In this document: positions 30,549 to 41,378 of the stretch, piece by piece | Position numbering within the stretch: position 1 is the first letter of the stretch | Layout of the letters: every line of letters begins with the position of its first letter | Source of the DNA: Porphyridium purpureum | Taxonomy: Eukaryota | NCBI GenBank assembly: GCA_008690995.1 | Contig: VRMN01000003.1 | Coordinates: forward strand, 1,302,001-1,366,000 | DNA: 64,000 nt | Reading direction: 5' to 3' | The notes under the pieces: generated by a model | Seen by the model: only the letters and a program-made list of their open reading frames with translations | What the model was told of the DNA's origin: nothing | The model's database searches: none | Made by a program: the position numbers and the translations under genes

Positions 30549-33029
30549 ATGCCGTGGATTCTGCGGGATCGGAAGCGGGCTTCGACCGGATTCGGCACAG
30601 ATGCAGGAGGTGCGGGCAGTAGTGGTGGCCATGCGCGCTTCTCGCGCGCGTTGTCTGCGCGCGGCGGCGCGCCGTCTCGCAACGTGCTGATTGGCATCGT
30701 GCTTGTGTTTGGTGTGTTGCTGCTGCTGGGCAGCATGTCCTTCAGTGTGGAGCGCAAGATGGTGTTATCCGTGGAAATCCCGGACACCGTGCGCAACCTG
30801 ACCAGCGAAGTCATCACAGATGCCGGTATTGACAAGGCGTCCAGTAATCTTACGCTGGTAGTTCTGTTGCGCGAGGACGTAGACGATGCGCTGGTGGCCG
30901 CGATTGACTCGTGGCATCTCAACGGTTTGTTTGACATGGTGTCGCAGACCGTGTTTCTTGTGGAGAATATGCGCACTACCGTGACGTCGTTTTCGCGAAA
31001 GCTGCCCGAGTTTATCCGGGCAGGTGTGCGCGTGGTGAGCGTGTCCGATCCCCACATGGACGCTGAGCTCATTCCGTGGGCTGTTGCACTGTCTCGGAGT
31101 GAGCTCGTGCTGATTATCAACAAGAACTTTCAGCTCGTCGAACCGCCTGATGTAGTGAAGCGTCACGTGGAGGACGGCAAGCGAATACTGCTCACCAACA
31201 CGGCGGTGGCTGTCAAGTATAAGCACCGCTGGAAAAACACAGCGCCAGATCTCGTGCGAATCTTATATCAGGATCGCGAGCGTAGTCTGCTGCAGGAAAT
31301 GCCGGACAGTGCATGTGCCATGTACACATGGAACCAGGCGCTCCCACCCGAGTACGAGACGTACGTACACGTGTGCCGCAACGCGTTTTCGGACTTTTAC
31401 TGCTCGGAGAATCAGTTTTGCGGATGGGATTCAGTGCCTGTGATGCTGCGGCGCTCGTGGTTTCTCGACACGTTTGCGGCGCACGTACAGCAGCTGCAGA
31501 AACTGCCTGCGGCGCGTGACACGTTCGACTCGTTTGTGAATAACTTCGTGTGGCGGCGGATAGAGCCCGCCGTGGAGGTGGCGTTTGGGAATGGTTTGTT
31601 CAAATATGTGGGCAGTGCGCCAGACGCCGCCGTGATCGAGTCGTCCGTGTGGCGGCGCTACCTCGCCAGCACGGACCAGTACAAGCGCGACTTGTTCGAT
31701 TATGAGCCTCAGCTGCGTAAGGAGTTTGATGACGATCCCAACCGCAAGATGGAACTGTTGCCTAATCCTGTCCTCGGCGGAAGCGCGACCTCGGGCGGAT
31801 TTGGCCCGGCAGGGCCGCCGCTCCCGTTGCGTGAGCGGGTGCCGGCGTCGACGCGACAGCTGCAGAACTCTATGTTTGAGCGCAGCTTGGCATGGCAGCA
31901 GGCACAGTTCCAGGAAATCCGCGCGCAAGTGCCCGGTTCCCTGGAGTACCTCGCGGAGCATCGGGTCGTGTATGACCTGACCACGCGCGCTCTCATGGAG
32001 GTTGCGCCGCAAGATCCCCTGTCCGTGAATCTCACGCTGGTGTCTGCCTTTTTCGAATTCTTCGCCGACGACAGTGGCGGAAAGCCGGATTCGGAGCAGG
32101 TTAAGGGCCTACTCACCCAATTTATGCACAATGTGATCGCATTGCCGTACGCCAAAGTAATCTACTGCTCGGCAACGAGCGAGCAGATGATGCGCGAAAT
32201 GGCACAGTCGCTTGGCATTGCGACGAAAACACTGGATCTGGCTGTCTTTGTGAACATGGAATTGGATGAGCTCACCAGTTGGATTCCGAACGCGCCCCTG
32301 CTGCAGCAGCTACGCGAGGAGCTCAGCATGGCTGCGCCAGACAAGCGCGCGACAGCTGAGGTTGCAGCCGATCGTGCCCACAGCCGCTTTGCGTACCAGT
32401 ATGCGCGCATGTATTTGCTCGCCGACGAGGCACAGAAGATGCGGCAGCAGGACGCCACGAGCCTGCTGTGGATCGAACCGCTGGCACCATGCCCGGATAT
32501 GGCCACTATGGACACTGGCAACGACTTCATCCTACGCATCCATACGCTGAACTCATTCATGTTTCAAGTGTTTGATCGAGAGCACTTGGACCCGGAGCTC
32601 ACGGCGGCGCTACCACGCCTCGACGGAATCACGAAGAAAGTACCCGCGTCGTCCAGCGCATCGGATGAAGGCTCCGACCTGTCAATTGTGCGCGGCGGAT
32701 CAGTATTTGGCGGCCCCATTTTCCACGTCCGGATGGTGGCGTGGATATATGATTCCAACTTTCGGCATTTACTGGAGGACGGCATTCTTCTGCCCGTGGA
32801 CCTCCTGCTCACGCTCACGAAGCTGCGGGCGGCCGAGCTTGTACACGCGTTCCACGAGTCTGCGTGTGCCAGCAGCCCGCTGCGCGACCACGCGTGCCGC
32901 CACGCCGCTGCTTCCGAGCATTCTGCAGCCGACACGACCCCGGCAACCCCTGCCGGCGCTCCCCCGTTGGCAGGTGCCACGTCGCCGTGCGCGGTCTTCC
33001 ATTGGATTGCGAACCGCGGGTTGGGATAG
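30549..33029 (+). CDS. Type II membrane protein, putative glycosyltransferase-like (C-terminal HtrL/YibB-like region)
   Basis: Single N-terminal TM helix (VLIGIVLVFGVLLLLG); long luminal part; LTLVSAFF, LLWIE and GGSVFGG recall HtrL-family motifs (weak). Confidence 0.6.
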   Translation: MPWILRDRKRASTGFGTDAGGAGSSGGHARFSRALSARGGAPSRNVLIGIVLVFGVLLLLGSMSFSVERKMVLSVEIPDTVRNLTSEVITDAGIDKASSNLTLVVLLREDVDDALVAAIDSWHLNGLFDMVSQTVFLVENMRTTVTSFSRKLPEFIRAGVRVVSVSDPHMDAELIPWAVALSRSELVLIINKNFQLVEPPDVVKRHVEDGKRILLTNTAVAVKYKHRWKNTAPDLVRILYQDRERSLLQEMPDSACAMYTWNQALPPEYETYVHVCRNAFSDFYCSENQFCGWDSVPVMLRRSWFLDTFAAHVQQLQKLPAARDTFDSFVNNFVWRRIEPAVEVAFGNGLFKYVGSAPDAAVIESSVWRRYLASTDQYKRDLFDYEPQLRKEFDDDPNRKMELLPNPVLGGSATSGGFGPAGPPLPLRERVPASTRQLQNSMFERSLAWQQAQFQEIRAQVPGSLEYLAEHRVVYDLTTRALMEVAPQDPLSVNLTLVSAFFEFFADDSGGKPDSEQVKGLLTQFMHNVIALPYAKVIYCSATSEQMMREMAQSLGIATKTLDLAVFVNMELDELTSWIPNAPLLQQLREELSMAAPDKRATAEVAADRAHSRFAYQYARMYLLADEAQKMRQQDATSLLWIEPLAPCPDMATMDTGNDFILRIHTLNSFMFQVFDREHLDPELTAALPRLDGITKKVPASSSASDEGSDLSIVRGGSVFGGPIFHVRMVAWIYDSNFRHLLEDGILLPVDLLLTLTKLRAAELVHAFHESACASSPLRDHACRHAAASEHSAADTTPATPAGAPPLAGATSPCAVFHWIANRGLG

Positions 33030-33234
33030 ACGTTTAGAACACAGAAGTACAGTAGACAGTACATAATGTAAGCAGCGTGCAAGTGTACATTTGCGGTACA
33101 CTCGAAAAGTCAATCAACTTGCTTCCGGCGCAAGTGGACGTATTTTAGCGCGAGCACGTCGGTTCACATGTTCCGCTCTCGAAGACATATCGAGTGGTGT
33201 CGTGGTCTCTCTGGTTCATGCGCCGGGTCCAATC

Positions 33235-33846
33235 ATGGCACCGAGGGCGAATGTGGTCGCGCTGCTACTTGTAATCCTGGCATGCGGAAGCGCTCTGTTT
33301 GTTCAGGCAGCGGCGCCGCCGCCAGAGCCTCCTCAAGAAGAGGTGAAACGAGTCGACAAGATGGACGCCGCGATTCAGGAGGAAGGCTCCAACCGAGGTT
33401 GGGAAGAATGGGGGGAAGAGCCAGGATTTGCACATTATGAGGAGAAGAAGAACCGCCGCTTCAAGACGCACATGGCCGATCGAATGTTCAAAGGCTGGAC
33501 CAGAGAGCGCCTCAACTTGATGAGTGCGAACGCAAACCCCATGGTTTTTGTGTACCTGAAGCCGAGAAGCTTCAAGTCCAGGGATATGCTTGAGGTGAAG
33601 ACAGCGACCATGACCGCGACGCTCCGCAACATGCATTACAAAGTAAGCTTTTTCGTCATGGACGTGTCGCAGATGATTTTGGTTGTTCCCACCAAGCAAG
33701 AAGTGCTGCCTGTGATGGCCAAGCTGCTCCGGCTCTATGATTTTATCGACACTATCTCCATGGACAACAATGAATTCAGACGTGATATGTTGATGGATGA
33801 AGAGGCAAGTGACGATAGTGACGATGATGTCAACGCGGAACTTTAA
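33235..33846 (+). CDS. ER protein, MESD/Boca-like chaperone
   Basis: Signal peptide; WEEWG; core MVFVYL...TLRNMHYKVSFFVMD...ILVV resembles the MESD fold; acidic tail ending NAEL. Confidence 0.65.
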   Translation: MAPRANVVALLLVILACGSALFVQAAAPPPEPPQEEVKRVDKMDAAIQEEGSNRGWEEWGEEPGFAHYEEKKNRRFKTHMADRMFKGWTRERLNLMSANANPMVFVYLKPRSFKSRDMLEVKTATMTATLRNMHYKVSFFVMDVSQMILVVPTKQEVLPVMAKLLRLYDFIDTISMDNNEFRRDMLMDEEASDDSDDDVNAEL

Positions 33847-34079
33847 TCACTTGTGACACGCGCAATGAAGTACGGTGTGTGTCGTTGAGTAACGGAATGA
33901 AGTAGATTGGTCAGCGGATAGGTCTGAGAACGACAAAGTAACAGGAAGAGCTACACGAAAGCGGCTAGATTCCGGTGGTCTTCGACACTCGGTGGGAAGA
34001 TTATCGTCTCTTTAAGCCCAAGTTGAGGAAATACAATTTTACTCTTACATTTCAGGCACAAGGATATTCGAAAGCCATC

Positions 34080-37000
34080 TCACACATCATCCCGAAACGA
34101 CACTTTTGGCCGTATTGTGCTCTTTGCCCTCCGGCGATCATCTTCATCACGTGGGGACTTTCGGAGGCTTAACAAGAAATTAGACAAGGATTGCCCTTGG
34201 GCAGAATCCGTTCTGTCCGTGAAACCTGAGTCTTGAGGCGAGTTTCGAATGTCCACACCAAGGTCCTGATTCGTGTTCTGACCATTTTCATCCACTGTCG
34301 CACGTTTATCTGCCTTTGAGTTCCATGCCGAACTAGCCCCCAGATCGGGGCTGTGCAGACTTTGAAGGCGCTTGCTTTGCTCACGAGATGCAAAGTACGC
34401 GTCGGCATCAAATTTATCAAAGCTGGATGGCTCGGTCCGTTTGATGCTATACTCCTCGACCAACTCATACACCTCCAGCTTCCTCTGCAAGTCGAGTTGC
34501 TTAGAACGGTGCTTCGCGTCTTCCGGCAATTCGGTTGCCTTCGACAGACCCCAATGGTCAAAGCACTTCTTGAGCCACGCCTGTATCTTGGCCAGAGCAC
34601 CAGAAATCCGAAGCACCCAAATTGTAAAGCCAACGCCCATAATGACACCTACGATGATGAACAACCCTCCAAGCGACGTAATCGTAAATGGCCTCAATGT
34701 TTCATCTGCGGAACAAGTCGAAGCATCGGGCAAATAGTTTTGCGTCGCAGCTGCGAGTGATCCATCCTCTCGCATCTCCATCAAAATACGATTAAAGTCA
34801 TCTGCCAGGGCAGAATTCCGCGGCAACATCATCCCATAGTTTGAGTGGTGGAAGCTAGCGCCTGTGACGGTAATTTGGCCACAGTATTCGGTCAGAGCAG
34901 AATACATGGCGATCGGTGCATCTGTGACAAATGCCTCGATCTTACCATCAATGACTGCTTGATAGCATTCAGTCGGATCCGCACATTTCATGTATGTCAT
35001 GTCCTGCTCTGTGCACTCTGATCCGCAACCGATAACATGATTTCTGATGTATGCCTCTGTCGCGCCGTCATCAAGAACGCCAATTGCTGACACATCCTTC
35101 GTTCCGTCACGAAGTACCACAATGCCTCGTGAGAACAGACTTTCAACATCACTTCCGACCAGAAAGCTAGCGAGCTCGGCTACATATGAGGCTGTCACGA
35201 TGAAAGCGAAAATCAACCACCCGGTGGTCAGCACGTATCCAGAGACGGTCTGTGGCTCATGCGAAAGTTGGTTGAGCAAGAGCGCGAACGAAATGTAACA
35301 CGAACGACCATACATGCTGAAGTAATTCTTGTCGGTAAAATCAAAATTTCCATGCACGCCTTCAAGCGCGAAAAAGCAGGTCGTCACCAAGAAAAGAAAA
35401 AGGAATATCGCCAGCCATATTTGCCAAGAGAACGGATTTATGAAGCCCCAAATGTCCTCTTCGAGATCCGTTCCACCGATTCGAATCGCGAAGCAAAGCG
35501 TTACATCGTGGTAGGGCGTCGTGAAGTCGACTTTCTCAAGTCGGCTTGCCGAGATGGTCGACCAAGACATCGCTAAATCCGCTTCTCCCTTGTCAACCAT
35601 GTCAACCAAATCGTTCACAGTTGCGTTGTAGGCTTCGACAAACTCATATGTGAAGCCGAGACGCCGTGCGAGCCCAATGATCACCTGCCCATTGATTCCG
35701 AGCACTAGAAAGCCGCCATTTTCATACTGAATGATATTGAAAGGGGGAGCATGGTTGACTGCCACCCGTAGCGTCCTGCCAGTAGCCGCGGCGCGATCGA
35801 ATGGGTAGTTTTGCGCGAGCTGCGGAAATCGTTGTGGAAAGCGGGGCGAGATCCGAGAAAACATACCTTCTCGATCGAACCGATCGAGGTTCACGAACAG
35901 GCCACCGTTCAAAACATCTGGATGGTTGTTCGAGATGCAAAACGTCGGATTGTATCGGTCTTCTTCATCCAGCAAAACATGACGTGTTCGTAGCCTTTGG
36001 TCGAACGCCATGGGACCAGTTAGTAGTTCAGGTCGGCTCCACGTAGTGTTTGCGAGTGCGCTGCGAAACAGCTCGCCATCTTCCCACACGCCTTCTGCAA
36101 GGCACGAGTCTCGCGCGTACGGCTCGAGGGGGGCATTTTTGTTTTGTGCAGCCCGTTGGAGGGTCAGTCCAAGCAGCCAGACCGCGTCGTACGCGTACAG
36201 AGCCTGCCAAGGTATTGTTCCGTCCGCAGATAAGGCCCCGCCTGCTTCATGAAATCGCGGCGCAAACGCCGCCCAAGACGCTCGCTCCTGAGCACAGGGC
36301 AGCACACCCAAGCTCCCTATCATATCCTGCCGCAGCGTCACCAGGCTAGCTGAGGACTTTGGGTCTAGCAGCTTCACTCCGCCAGAGGTACCTTGAACAA
36401 AGTACCACTCGTGCGAACTAGACATCAGACCCATGTTGCTCGCCAATTCCAAGAGGAGGCGCAATTCGACCGAATCGCTCTCGACAATCACAATCAATAT
36501 ACGTACATCTTGTTCTTGGACTAGTGTGAGAGGCGCCAGGAGCTCGTCCACGCCGGCGCCCTTGCGATACACGGCCGTAAGCACGATGTCCAGATTTTCA
36601 TCAAAAGGAATGTCCGTTGAGTCACCGGCCATCAAGGATGGGACAATGGTTTGCGAAAACAGACCGTCCTCGTAGATGACGCCTATAATTTCCGTCAGAC
36701 CGACGTAACGTGAAGATGAGGCCGACTGAACGTCCCGCTGATCCTTCATACGAATCAAAAACCTCTTCAAAACGCTGGCGAGTGTTCTTGTGCCCGGTAC
36801 AACATCGTAGACATTACTGCCTTGTGTTGCCGACCCTGTCGCGCCCAAGGTGAAGGTAAAAATTGGCAGCAAAACATCGGCAAATGTGGTGTGGAGCACC
36901 AGGGTGTCATCTACGCCCGGCGCGCCCACAATCCCAAACACGCCGGACGGTACAAGCGCACACACGGCGCTCAAGATATTGCTGTCGTCCGTATAGTTCA

Positions 37001-37289
37001 CGGGACGCATTTCAAGCGGCACGGGGGAGCCAGAGAGCTGATTGAAATCCGCCTCCGCCAGCTCCATGGCGACTCGAATATTTGTGTGCACTTGCGAATC
37101 AGAATCTGGCAGCGCGGCTAGAAACGGCCAGGCCACGGACTCCTGCTGCGGCTGCGCGTGCGCACGCCGCATTCCATCGCCCACGCACACCGCCAGTGCA
37201 CATATCACAAACCAAATCTTCGTCCCATCCACGCGCGCGCGGCGCGCGTGGACACCGGTCACGAGCGCGCGCGCGCCGTTCGGCCGCAT
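34080..37289 (-). CDS. Ionotropic glutamate receptor-like channel (start uncertain)
   Basis: N-terminal periplasmic-binding domain (YAYDAVW), S1 (TISASRLEKVDFT), M1 (FINPFSWQIW), M3 SYVAELASFL, S2 and M4 (SLGGLFII). Confidence 0.92.
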   Translation of the reverse strand: MRPNGARALVTGVHARRARVDGTKIWFVICALAVCVGDGMRRAHAQPQQESVAWPFLAALPDSDSQVHTNIRVAMELAEADFNQLSGSPVPLEMRPVNYTDDSNILSAVCALVPSGVFGIVGAPGVDDTLVLHTTFADVLLPIFTFTLGATGSATQGSNVYDVVPGTRTLASVLKRFLIRMKDQRDVQSASSSRYVGLTEIIGVIYEDGLFSQTIVPSLMAGDSTDIPFDENLDIVLTAVYRKGAGVDELLAPLTLVQEQDVRILIVIVESDSVELRLLLELASNMGLMSSSHEWYFVQGTSGGVKLLDPKSSASLVTLRQDMIGSLGVLPCAQERASWAAFAPRFHEAGGALSADGTIPWQALYAYDAVWLLGLTLQRAAQNKNAPLEPYARDSCLAEGVWEDGELFRSALANTTWSRPELLTGPMAFDQRLRTRHVLLDEEDRYNPTFCISNNHPDVLNGGLFVNLDRFDREGMFSRISPRFPQRFPQLAQNYPFDRAAATGRTLRVAVNHAPPFNIIQYENGGFLVLGINGQVIIGLARRLGFTYEFVEAYNATVNDLVDMVDKGEADLAMSWSTISASRLEKVDFTTPYHDVTLCFAIRIGGTDLEEDIWGFINPFSWQIWLAIFLFLFLVTTCFFALEGVHGNFDFTDKNYFSMYGRSCYISFALLLNQLSHEPQTVSGYVLTTGWLIFAFIVTASYVAELASFLVGSDVESLFSRGIVVLRDGTKDVSAIGVLDDGATEAYIRNHVIGCGSECTEQDMTYMKCADPTECYQAVIDGKIEAFVTDAPIAMYSALTEYCGQITVTGASFHHSNYGMMLPRNSALADDFNRILMEMREDGSLAAATQNYLPDASTCSADETLRPFTITSLGGLFIIVGVIMGVGFTIWVLRISGALAKIQAWLKKCFDHWGLSKATELPEDAKHRSKQLDLQRKLEVYELVEEYSIKRTEPSSFDKFDADAYFASREQSKRLQSLHSPDLGASSAWNSKADKRATVDENGQNTNQDLGVDIRNSPQDSGFTDRTDSAQGQSLSNFLLSLRKSPRDEDDRRRAKSTIRPKVSFRDDV

Positions 37290-38353
37290 CGTTCGTGCGC
37301 TCTGCTGATAACACGCTCGTGCGGTTCGCACTCCTTTTCCTCTCCACGCGCCATTCAGTTGCTCTATCGCTATGTACCCCCTCACCACCACCTCATCCCA
37401 CTGTACCACACACCCGAAGTCCCGACTGTACCGCATCCTTGTCAGCGTGCGTCCGCTGTACAATGCATCCGCTCGGCGCCCCATTTTCTAACCCTTCTTT
37501 ATTCTCTTTCCTCCTGGTTGCCGGAGTGGAAAAAGTGGAAGCGACGGTCAGGGCGGGTGAGCCGTTTGTGCTGTTGCACTTATGGCACGCGGCGTGCTCT
37601 ATCCAAAACAAACGGGTGCTTGGAGCAATTTTTACCTACACAGACGCCGACTCTTTGATTTTGTGCACTGCCGCGCCTTTTTTGTGCTTTGTGTTTTGTG
37701 TGTGTTGTGTTTTGTTGTGTTTTGTTGTGTTTTGTTGCGTGTGTGTGTGTGTGTGCTTGTGTCTATGTGGATTTGATCTGATTTGGAGTGGATGGGGTGA
37801 AAGGGGATCATGATGACGCTTCCATATTGAGGCACACTACCACAATCACACACACGCACGCACACACACACAGGCAGACAGTTTGGGTTCGGAGCGGTTA
37901 ATAGTACGGTAGAAAAACCACATCGGGCACAAATTCAAAGTAGACACACAAACACAAAAGCAAGTCGCGCGTGCTGGTGGTGGTGAACCATTAGCGCCCG
38001 AATTCGGATAGGGTGACAGCCGCGGCGATTTGCGCCGAGGCGGAGCGTGCGGTTGTAGCAGAAGACGCCTGATTTGATAATGATCATCAGGCAATGCGGT
38101 GTGCGGAGCGTGCGGGCCCACAAGCCACGCGGCAAAGGAGCGTGTATATAGAGGACGACGGTCTGGCTGCGAGAGGAGGAAAGGTGAAGGGTGGGAGACG
38201 TGCAGCTGCGTCTGGCCGATTCTGTGGGCTAGTGGCGCATCGTTTGTGGCTTGAAGTGTGCGTGTGACAGGAGGAAGGGCGCGTGGGAAGTGCGGCCAAC
38301 CAGATAGACAGAGTGAGGAAGCTATCGCAAATTACGCGGCAGAGCTCGGCGGG

Positions 38354-40486
38354 ATGAAGAGAAGATCTTTGGTTCCCGCGCCATTCGTGGCGCTGCTGGT
38401 GCCGCTGGTTTGTGCTGTCGCACTGACGTTCGGCTCGTCCAGTGCGGCCGTAATATCTGCCTGGGATGAGAATGTCGCGAGGCAAGAGAATACGCCCACG
38501 CCGTCACCCGCACCATCGTCAACGCCAACGCCCACGCCATCGCCAACGCCCACGCCATCGCCAACGCCTGGGTTTCCTGAAGGCGAATTCGACCCGCAGC
38601 TGCAGTCCGAGCCTGTGCTGGGGTCCGTCAACCCGATTTTTGACACCGATATCAACGACTTGGAACAGGTCGCCGTCCTGCAGGACGATGGGCAGCTGTT
38701 CGTGTACGATTACCGCACTGGTAGCTTGCTGTATGGTCTCAACATCTCAGCACTGGGCTTTGACTTTTCGCAGGACATGAGCTTCGACCAGCGCGCTGTG
38801 GCCATCTGTTTTCTAGAGTTCAGAAACGTGGTGGAAGACACCCGCATCGGCAGTAATCTCATCGTGGTAGATACCACAAGCGCGTCACGCGGGCGAGTGG
38901 ACGCCGTACAGATTCCAGGAGGTGACAATCAGATCGTTGCCGCAGTGGACATCAATCCCGCGAATAGCAGCAACCACATCATCACCATTCAGGTTGAGGA
39001 CGTCCAAGGTACTTGGACGGGCAACAACCGCGAAGTCATGAGACCGAGACTTGTTCTCTGGAAGTATGAGCTTGACGCCGACGGTGGCGGCGCAGTCGCT
39101 CTGAGCGACGAGCCCTTGCAGATCGTTTCCCTGCCAGACGAACTCGCCGTACAGAAAGAGATTCCCGGTCTAGGAGGCCCATTCTACCCACTCGTTTCAT
39201 TGCGCAACCCCGATGCAAATTACGCTCACATCGCCTGGACGTTCGCGCCAGCAAACTACGTGTTCATTGCGACGCAACTGTCCAACTTCATCGTCGAATA
39301 CGAGCTTGTGGGTGACACTTTATTCGAACGCGGGCGCTATGAAACTGCAAGTGGCGTGGCGAATTATCTCACCGTAAGCATTGAAGGTAATCGGCTTGCT
39401 TACTTATCCTTGGAGCGGATTGCCACGGAAGGTCCGCCGCAAGTGTTGGACCCAGTCGCTTATATCCTTGATGTGCGCCTGGGTGACTTTGCTAACTCAG
39501 AGGTGCTAACGCGCTTTCCGAAGCTCGGTGCCACGGGAGCTTTAGGAAGTGCTGATTGGACTACGGACAGTCAACTGATTCAATCAGTCGCCAACATGCG
39601 ATTTGCCCCGGCAGCGTCTCCGCCGCTTATTTTTAATTCGGAAGGCGAGATCATTTCAGACCAGGCGCTCTTCCCTGAAATTGTTAATCAGAGGCAGAAT
39701 GTTGGGCAGGTGCGTGCAAGTCCGTCTTTCCCATCGTTTGTGGTCATGTCGATCGTGCGAGATATTACCGCTGACAACCCGATCACTTACTTTGTCCGCG
39801 CGTACCGGTACCGTGAGCTCGGTACGCCACCGCCAGAGCGCGAGACTCCGCCAGTGACATCAGGTTCGAACGATACAACGCCATCGCCCGTAGGGGAACC
39901 GGCAGACGGTGGTGTTTGCTTCCCGGCAGACGCCACGGTCGAGCTGGAGGATGGATCTGTGCGCACGATGTCTCAGCTTGCGGTCGGCGATCGTGTGCGC
40001 GTGTCAGATTCGGAGTTTAGCGAGATTCACTTCTTTGGACACAAGCTTGCTTCCGGTTTCTTCAAATTTGAGCGCTTGACGTGGCGAGCGCCTGGACGCA
40101 CGGGTGCGCTGACGCTGTCGGCAAGCCACATGGTGCTTGTGGACGGCGCTCTGAAGCGTGCTGGGGACGTGGTTGTGGGCGAACATCTGCATCTGGTGGT
40201 AGAAGGGCAAGTACAGGCGGTCGAGGTTGTGGACAAACGCAGCGTCGTTGAGCGCGGACTCTACAACCCGCACACGCTGCAGTCTCGCATTGTTGTGGAC
40301 AATGTCATCGCGTCGTGCTACACAGATATCTCAAGCGTGCGCTTGGCACACATCTTGCTGGCTCCGGTTCGCCTGCTGTATCGCTTGCTCGGCGTCAATG
40401 TGCTAGGTAGCCTACTTGACACGCACGACAATAATGCGCTCCGCACTGCAGGTATTCAGCTCCTGCGGTTGGGCTCGAGCTCTTAA
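38354..40486 (+). CDS. Secreted protein with C-terminal Hedgehog-type Hint (Hog) autoprocessing domain
   Basis: Signal peptide, PT/PS repeats and a beta-rich unknown domain, then GV|CFPADATV...LAVGDRV...LTLSASH...GLYNPHT...IVVDNVIASCY and an SRR-like AHILLAPVRLL. Confidence 0.92.
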   Translation: MKRRSLVPAPFVALLVPLVCAVALTFGSSSAAVISAWDENVARQENTPTPSPAPSSTPTPTPSPTPTPSPTPGFPEGEFDPQLQSEPVLGSVNPIFDTDINDLEQVAVLQDDGQLFVYDYRTGSLLYGLNISALGFDFSQDMSFDQRAVAICFLEFRNVVEDTRIGSNLIVVDTTSASRGRVDAVQIPGGDNQIVAAVDINPANSSNHIITIQVEDVQGTWTGNNREVMRPRLVLWKYELDADGGGAVALSDEPLQIVSLPDELAVQKEIPGLGGPFYPLVSLRNPDANYAHIAWTFAPANYVFIATQLSNFIVEYELVGDTLFERGRYETASGVANYLTVSIEGNRLAYLSLERIATEGPPQVLDPVAYILDVRLGDFANSEVLTRFPKLGATGALGSADWTTDSQLIQSVANMRFAPAASPPLIFNSEGEIISDQALFPEIVNQRQNVGQVRASPSFPSFVVMSIVRDITADNPITYFVRAYRYRELGTPPPERETPPVTSGSNDTTPSPVGEPADGGVCFPADATVELEDGSVRTMSQLAVGDRVRVSDSEFSEIHFFGHKLASGFFKFERLTWRAPGRTGALTLSASHMVLVDGALKRAGDVVVGEHLHLVVEGQVQAVEVVDKRSVVERGLYNPHTLQSRIVVDNVIASCYTDISSVRLAHILLAPVRLLYRLLGVNVLGSLLDTHDNNALRTAGIQLLRLGSSS

Positions 40487-41378
40487 CTTTGATTAACTTT
40501 GATATGCCTTTATCATCTTTAAAACGAGATAGCAATTGCATCGGTACGGAATGGCTTGAAGAGGCACGGAGATACGGATGGGTTTTCGTTCACTATCTCT
40601 CGTACTTTCCTTTCTCGATGTCTTGTATTGGAGATTTGAGAAATCTTCGAGGAATTCCCTGGGAATTGTGGCAATACGGTGATGGGTTTCTGGGACAAGC
40701 TCAGAAACAGAGTCATGTACGAGCTGTAGAACGATCCGGGGCCTCGAACAAATATTTCATCAGGGCAGTCTGTTGCTCAATTTTGTCCACTTCTAGCAGC
40801 CTCCAGGAGTGCGGCTTTCTGCTCATCTCACGCGCACCTTGGCGAGTATACAAGGCCGATGGACGTCGCACAAACCTACTGCAATCTAGCTAGCCTCGCG
40901 GTGTCGTCGCTCGTAAACGCCTTTTGCACATCTGTCTTCATGCCTTAGCTCGCACGACATCCGTTCAGAGACGTCGTGGCCTTCATTCCGACTCAAACAT
41001 GTCGCCGACCAAGACCGGCGTGGGCTGCTCAGGAGAGCGTGTGCAAGTGTGTGTGTCTCTCTCTCGTTCCCTCGTTCTCTTTCTCTTCCGCGCTCTGCGC
41101 CTGCTCGATCATCCCAAACAGCAGCGTCCGAGGTGTCAACATGCACGAATCAGGTACAGTCCCCACTGGCTCGAATGGATCTGGCAGTCTCGCGCATCGG
41201 TTTCTTATTTGCTACGTAAACTGCCTCACTTTGTTAGAAACTCGCGCATGCGGTTGCGCGTCAGTTAGTTTGGATGCTTCCCCCGGGATAAGTTGACAGA
41301 CAGTCCGTGGATGTGCCCGTAAACGCACAGGGCACGCCGCGTCAGTTGAGCTGTCCCCCGGCAAGAGCAGCGGAAATC

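Noticed and set aside
38491..38570. 18-bp tandem repeat
   Set aside because: Encodes the Pro/Thr/Ser linker of the Hint protein; not an array or separate element.
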